A stretch of 64,000 bases of DNA from an uncultured Bacteroidales bacterium (GTDB lineage: Bacteria > Bacillota_I > Bacilli_A > ML615J-28 > CAG-698), in contig CAYOXB010000001.1 of assembly GCA_964407835.1 (NCBI GenBank), forward strand, positions 45,174 through 109,173, read 5' to 3'. The position numbers and the translations under genes are program-made. How positions within the stretch are numbered: the first letter of the stretch is position 1; each line of letters begins with the position of its first letter. Shown one piece after another: positions 59,691 through 64,000 of this stretch. The notes under the pieces are model-generated. The model was not told where the DNA came from. It saw only the letters and a program-made list of their open reading frames with translations, and searched no databases.

Positions 59691-60074
59691 ATGATAAAAA
59701 AGGGTGAGATTGTTCACGGTAAGATTACTAACATTTTAGGCTATGGAGCTTTTGTTAGTGTTGATGAGTACGATGGACTAATTCATATATCTGAGTTTTC
59801 GGATAATTATGTTCGAAGCATTCAAGATTATGTAAAGGTGGGGCAACTAGTAAAATTAAAAGTATTGGACGTTGATGAAGAAAACAAAAAATTAAGACTT
59901 AGTTATAAATTTTTGAATAAGTCTAGAGGTGTAAAAGGAGAAATACCTAATTATAAAATTGGGTTTAAAACATTAAAAAATAATATTGATGGTTTTGTTA
60001 GAAAACAACTAAGAGAACATGATGATATTAAAGACACAAATGATGTAGATGAAATGTTAGAAAACAATAATTAA
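59691..60074 (+). CDS. S1 RNA-binding domain protein (YugI/GSP13-like)
   Basis: 'GEIVHGKITNILGYGAFVSVDEYDGLIHISEFS'. RBS GAGGTG. The ORF-track start at 59595 is rejected. Confidence 0.75.
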   Translation: MIKKGEIVHGKITNILGYGAFVSVDEYDGLIHISEFSDNYVRSIQDYVKVGQLVKLKVLDVDEENKKLRLSYKFLNKSRGVKGEIPNYKIGFKTLKNNIDGFVRKQLREHDDIKDTNDVDEMLENNN

Positions 60075-60086
60075 AGAGAGTGAAAA

Positions 60087-61379
60087 ATGAAAGTATTAGA
60101 TTATAAAGGTATTTTAAATTATATAAGCAAAAAAGAAATCGTAGCATATGAACATAGAGCTAATAAAGCTTTAGTAAAGCTACTTACTAAATCAGGCTTA
60201 GGTAGTGAATTTACCGGGTGGGTTGAATATCCTTTTAATTATGATGAAGAAGAGTTTAAAAGAGTTATTGCAACAAGTAAAAAAATTAGAAAGAATTCTA
60301 AAGTTTTAGTAGTTATTGGAATTGGCGGAAGTTATTTAGGTGCTAAAGCGGCACTTGATTTACTTGGACCAAGTCAATATGAAAAATCAGATCATGAAGT
60401 TATATTTGTTGGGAATACATTTTCTTCAGAGTATACAAATGAAATAATAGAATATTTAAAAGATAAAGATTTTTCAATTAATGTAATATCTAAGTCAGGT
60501 ACTACTACAGAACCAGCTGTTGCTTTTAGAATCTTTAAAAAATTATTAAAAGAAAAATATCCAAATGATTACAACAAGAGAATATTTGCAACAACAACAC
60601 TTAATAAGGGGGCACTATTTAACCTAGCTTCAACAGAAGGTTATGAAATGTTTACTATCCCAGAAGATATTGGAGGAAGGTATTCAGTATTAACTTCTGC
60701 AGGCCTACTTCCACTTGCTTATATGGGTATTGATGTTAGAGCTATAATGAGAGGTGCAAAGCAAGCATTTGAAAAATATACAAAAACACCGTTTTTAAGA
60801 AACGATGCAATGCTTTATGCTGTTATTAGAAATTTAGCTTATGATAAAGGGAAATCAGTAGAAATACTTGCAATATTTGAGCCAAGACTACACTACTTTA
60901 CAGAATGGTATAAACAATTATTTGGCGAATCAGAAGGCAAACAACATAAGGGATTATATCCAACTTCTCATTTGTATACAACAGATCTTCATTCTCTTGG
61001 CCAGTATGTTCAAGATGGAGCAAGATTATTTATCCAAACATTTTTAAATATTAATAAACCAAAAACAGATATTAATGTTCCAGTTGAAGAAAAAGACTTT
61101 GATGGAATTAATTATCTTACTAGTTTTAGTTTGGATGAAATTAATAAAGTAGCTCAAAAAGGAACTATGCAAGCTCACATTGATGGCCTTGTTCCTTCCC
61201 TTGAAATTAATCTTCCAGAAATGAATCCTAAAAACTTTGGTTTCATTGCTTATTTCATGATGATTACATGTGCAATTAGTGGCTATTTATTAGATGTTAA
61301 TCCTTTTGATCAAGAAGGTGTTGAAACATATAAAACAAATATGTTTAAACTTTTAGGTAAACCAGGATTTAATAAATAA
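60087..61379 (+). CDS. pgi: Glucose-6-phosphate isomerase
   Basis: 'VVIGIGGSYLGAKAALD' and 'ISKSGTTTE'. Confidence 0.9.
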   Translation: MKVLDYKGILNYISKKEIVAYEHRANKALVKLLTKSGLGSEFTGWVEYPFNYDEEEFKRVIATSKKIRKNSKVLVVIGIGGSYLGAKAALDLLGPSQYEKSDHEVIFVGNTFSSEYTNEIIEYLKDKDFSINVISKSGTTTEPAVAFRIFKKLLKEKYPNDYNKRIFATTTLNKGALFNLASTEGYEMFTIPEDIGGRYSVLTSAGLLPLAYMGIDVRAIMRGAKQAFEKYTKTPFLRNDAMLYAVIRNLAYDKGKSVEILAIFEPRLHYFTEWYKQLFGESEGKQHKGLYPTSHLYTTDLHSLGQYVQDGARLFIQTFLNINKPKTDINVPVEEKDFDGINYLTSFSLDEINKVAQKGTMQAHIDGLVPSLEINLPEMNPKNFGFIAYFMMITCAISGYLLDVNPFDQEGVETYKTNMFKLLGKPGFNK

Positions 61380-61943
61380 ATGATTAAAAAAATATCAATA
61401 TTTATTTTAGTCTTTGTATCTTTGTTTTTAATTGGATGTAGTTCAGGTGAAAATAAATTTGAAAAAGACTATCCAGCATTTAAAGATACAGAGCATGTAT
61501 TTTATAAAACCAGTTATAAAGATATTTATAATAAATTAACAAAAGAAGAAGGATATAACATAATCTTATTTGCGTTTGATCCAAATTTAGCAGTATGTCC
61601 TTTTTGCTTAGAAGCTCTTCCTGTAATCAATGAGGTAGCATTAGAGCTTAAAATTGATAAAATATTTTATTTAGATATTTATGAAATGAGAATAAATAGA
61701 ACAACTGAATATATGGCATTAGTTAATTATATTGATGAACAAGTAGATGATTTACTTACTAGAAATGATAAATTAGAAATTGTAGTACCAGATATTTATG
61801 TTGTGAAAGACGGAAAAATTATTGCTCATCATATTGCAACTATTGTAGATGATGAGGGTAAGTTTGTTTTAGGAATGGGCCTAGAACAAACAAACGAACT
61901 AAAAGAGATTTATAGAGAGTTATTTACAAAAACAAAGTCTTAA
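61380..61943 (+). CDS. Thioredoxin-fold lipoprotein (CxxC)
   Basis: Lipobox 'LIGCSSG' and 'CPFC'. Terminator hairpin aagtctta/aaatt/ttaagactt at about 61933-61962. Confidence 0.5.
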   Translation: MIKKISIFILVFVSLFLIGCSSGENKFEKDYPAFKDTEHVFYKTSYKDIYNKLTKEEGYNIILFAFDPNLAVCPFCLEALPVINEVALELKIDKIFYLDIYEMRINRTTEYMALVNYIDEQVDDLLTRNDKLEIVVPDIYVVKDGKIIAHHIATIVDDEGKFVLGMGLEQTNELKEIYRELFTKTKS

Positions 61944-62031
61944 AATTTTAAGACTTTTTATTTGGGAAAATAAAAAAACAGATGAAAAAATTACTAGAAT
62001 ATGGTATAATAAATAATATTTAGGTGAAGAT

Positions 62032-62484
62032 ATGCAGAAAGTATTATATATAAAAACAGAACAAGATATGATTGATTTAGGTGAATTAATTGGTAGTAAA
62101 CTAGAAGAGAATTACATCATTACTTTAAATGGTGATTTGGGAGCTGGTAAAACTACTTTCACAAAAGGCATTGGTAAAGCTTTGGGAGTTAGTTCAGTTA
62201 TTAATTCTCCGACTTTCACAATCTTAAAAATTCATCATGGGAAAATGCCTTTATTTCATATGGATGTATATCGTTTAAATGAAGATAGTGGTGATGATGA
62301 TTTGGAAGAGTTTTTTGAACAAGATGGTGTCAGTGTAATTGAATGGGCAGAAAACATTTCTTATTTACTTCCAGATGAAAGACTTGAAATCAAGATTGAA
62401 ATTTTAAATGATAATGTTAGAAAAATTTATTTACTTCCAAAGGGATATAAATATGAAATATTAGTTGAGGAGTTAAACTTATGA
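62032..62484 (+). CDS. tsaE: tRNA t6A37 biosynthesis ATPase TsaE
   Basis: 'LNGDLGAGKTTF' and 'SPTFTI'. An extended -10 TGGTATAAT lies at 62002-62010. Confidence 0.85.
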   Translation: MQKVLYIKTEQDMIDLGELIGSKLEENYIITLNGDLGAGKTTFTKGIGKALGVSSVINSPTFTILKIHHGKMPLFHMDVYRLNEDSGDDDLEEFFEQDGVSVIEWAENISYLLPDERLEIKIEILNDNVRKIYLLPKGYKYEILVEELNL

Positions 62485-63056
62485 AAACTCTAGTTATGGA
62501 TACTGCTTCTAAATTTTTGTATTTCTCATTTTTAGATAATGATGAGGTAATCTATGAAAGATTTTTGGAAGGGCATAATAATCATTCAGATAATTTATTA
62601 AAAGAGATTGATTTAGCTTTAAAAGCAACAAATCTTAATTTTAAAGATTTTTCAAAAGTTATTGTTGGAATTGGACCTGGTTCATATACGGGTTTAAGAG
62701 TAAGCTTAACGGTAAGTAAAATGCTTGCTTGGTCTTTAAATATTCCTCTTTATAAAGTTAGTAGTCTTAGTTTACTAGGTAGTGGCTACTTAAGTGAAGA
62801 TGGTATTTATGCTATTACAATGAAAGCTAAGAAAAATCATTTATACGCAAAACTTATTGAAGTTAAAGACAGCAAGATAAATGAGATTTATCATGACTTA
62901 TTTTCAGAAGAAAATAGTTTTTTTGAGAAAATAAAAGAATATAATTATTATTTAGTTAATGAAGATAATTATAAAATCAATTTAGAAATGCTTAGTTTGG
63001 AACTTGTAGAGGAAGTTCACCATTTGGTTCCAAATTATATTCAAAAAGAAGTATGA
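62481..63056 (+). CDS. tsaB: tRNA t6A37 biosynthesis protein TsaB
   Basis: 'LVMDTASKFLYFSF...GIGPGSYTGLRVSL'. Confidence 0.8.
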   Translation: MKTLVMDTASKFLYFSFLDNDEVIYERFLEGHNNHSDNLLKEIDLALKATNLNFKDFSKVIVGIGPGSYTGLRVSLTVSKMLAWSLNIPLYKVSSLSLLGSGYLSEDGIYAITMKAKKNHLYAKLIEVKDSKINEIYHDLFSEENSFFEKIKEYNYYLVNEDNYKINLEMLSLELVEEVHHLVPNYIQKEV

Positions 63057-63502
63057 AGTATTTAATACGACCGATGGAAGATAGCGATATTCAAAGTGTA
63101 ATCGCTGGTGAAGAGAAGATCTTTGGAACAAGTTTAGGGTTTGATTTAATATATTCAGATCTTCATTTAAATCCATATGCAAATTACTTTGTTTTAGAAA
63201 TTAATAAAAAAGTAAGTGGCTATATTGGCTTATGGATTACTAGTGAAGTGGCAGATGTTATTAATTTTTATGTAGATGAACAATATCAAGGACAAGGCTT
63301 TGGAAAAATGCTTTTAGAGTTTGTCATTGAGCTATGCAAGATGAGTGATGTTCAGTCGATTAGTCTTGAAGTTAGAGAGACTAATGAAAAGGCTATAAAA
63401 TTATATGAGAAGAATGGATTTGAGTTTTCTCATAAGCGTAAGAGTTATTATTCAGATGGAACGGATGCTCTTGTATTAATTAAAAGATTTGAGGTAGGAT
63501 AA
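63053..63502 (+). CDS. rimI: Ribosomal-protein-alanine N-acetyltransferase
   Basis: GNAT 'QGQGFGKML'. Sits between tsaB and tsaD as usual. Confidence 0.8.
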   Translation: MKYLIRPMEDSDIQSVIAGEEKIFGTSLGFDLIYSDLHLNPYANYFVLEINKKVSGYIGLWITSEVADVINFYVDEQYQGQGFGKMLLEFVIELCKMSDVQSISLEVRETNEKAIKLYEKNGFEFSHKRKSYYSDGTDALVLIKRFEVG

Positions 63503-64000
63503 TGTTAGTTTTAGGTGTTGAAACTAGTTGTGATGAAACTAGTGTAGCTATATTGAAAGATGGAAAAGAAGTTCTAGCTAATATAGTTTATACACAAATA
63601 GATATACATAAAAAATTTGGTGGGGTTGTTCCTGAGGTTGCTAGTAGACAACATGTAGGTAAAATTACTATTGTTTTTGAGGAAGCATTACAAATGGCAA
63701 ATGTGAAAGCCGAAGATATAGATTTAGTAGCAGTTACTCATCACCCTGGTTTAATAGGTTCTTTACTTGTTGGGATTAATGCAGCAAAGACTTTTGCAAT
63801 GATTCATAATATTGAATATGTGGAAGTTGACCACATTAAGGGGCATATATATGCAAATTACATTGAAGAAGATTTTGATTTTCCATTACTAGCGCTTGTT
63901 GTTAGCGGGGGACATACTGAACTTATTTTAATGGAAAAGCATTATGAGTTTAAACTACTAGGTCAAACTTTAGATGATGCTGTAGGTGAGGCCTATGATA
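63501..64000 (+). CDS. tsaD: tRNA t6A37 synthase TsaD (N-terminal part; 3' end outside window)
   Basis: '[18 protein letters not shown]' and 'HHPGL'. Reading frame is open to the window end. Confidence 0.9.

Noticed and set aside
1-64000. CRISPR arrays, tRNA/rRNA genes, IS elements
   Set aside because: No direct repeat-spacer periodicity is visible. No tRNA-like GTTCGAATC T-arm occurs in an intergenic context, and the intergenic regions are too short for rRNA. No transposase-like ORF or inverted terminal repeats were seen.

Overview
This is a 64-kb window from an AT-rich, low-GC Gram-positive chromosome using the standard genetic code (TGG Trp; TGA stops are respected). It is densely packed with housekeeping genes, and the gene order matches Bacillus-type synteny in three blocks. 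Block one is pgsA-recA-rny ... ymdB ... miaB. Block two is polA-mutM-coaE-[X]-dnaB-like-dnaI-thrS. Block three is trmFO-xerC ... rpsB-tsf-pyrH-frr-uppS-cdsA-dxr-rseP-proS. Further along are nagA, udk, hflX, a MATE exporter, a class II ribonucleotide reductase, cdaA, ispDF, a COG2984-family ABC importer, a NifU-like protein, an S1-domain protein, pgi and tsaE-tsaB-rimI-tsaD. I found no rRNA, tRNA, CRISPR array, IS element or prophage. Two cis-regulatory RNAs are recognisable: an FMN riboswitch at about 15108-15272 that controls a membrane transporter, and a threonyl T-box leader at about 23030-23236 upstream of thrS. Five regions are not explained by plain housekeeping. (1) A translationally coupled '+'-strand module (47255-52918) of a giant 1434-aa Upf1-like SF1 helicase/NTPase, a four-repeat ankyrin protein, and cdaA. 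The helicase carries an insertion of about 850 aa between Walker A and motif II, and motifs II and III are non-canonical. (2) In the slot after cdaA, where CdaR usually sits, there is instead a membrane PAS-like protein with a degenerate GGDEF-like domain and its own promoter. (3) A candidate ribosome-mediated attenuator (promoter, 21-codon leader MTNIIINNYFYFYFFPRGCHV, alternative hairpins, terminator) lies upstream of the COG2984-type ABC transporter. (4) Two tandem, mosaic paralogous lipoproteins (Big_2 plus amidase_2) are inserted between rny and ymdB. (5) A lone minus-strand P-loop kinase carries an N-terminal domain I cannot assign. Every call is from reading the sequence by eye; no database search was possible.
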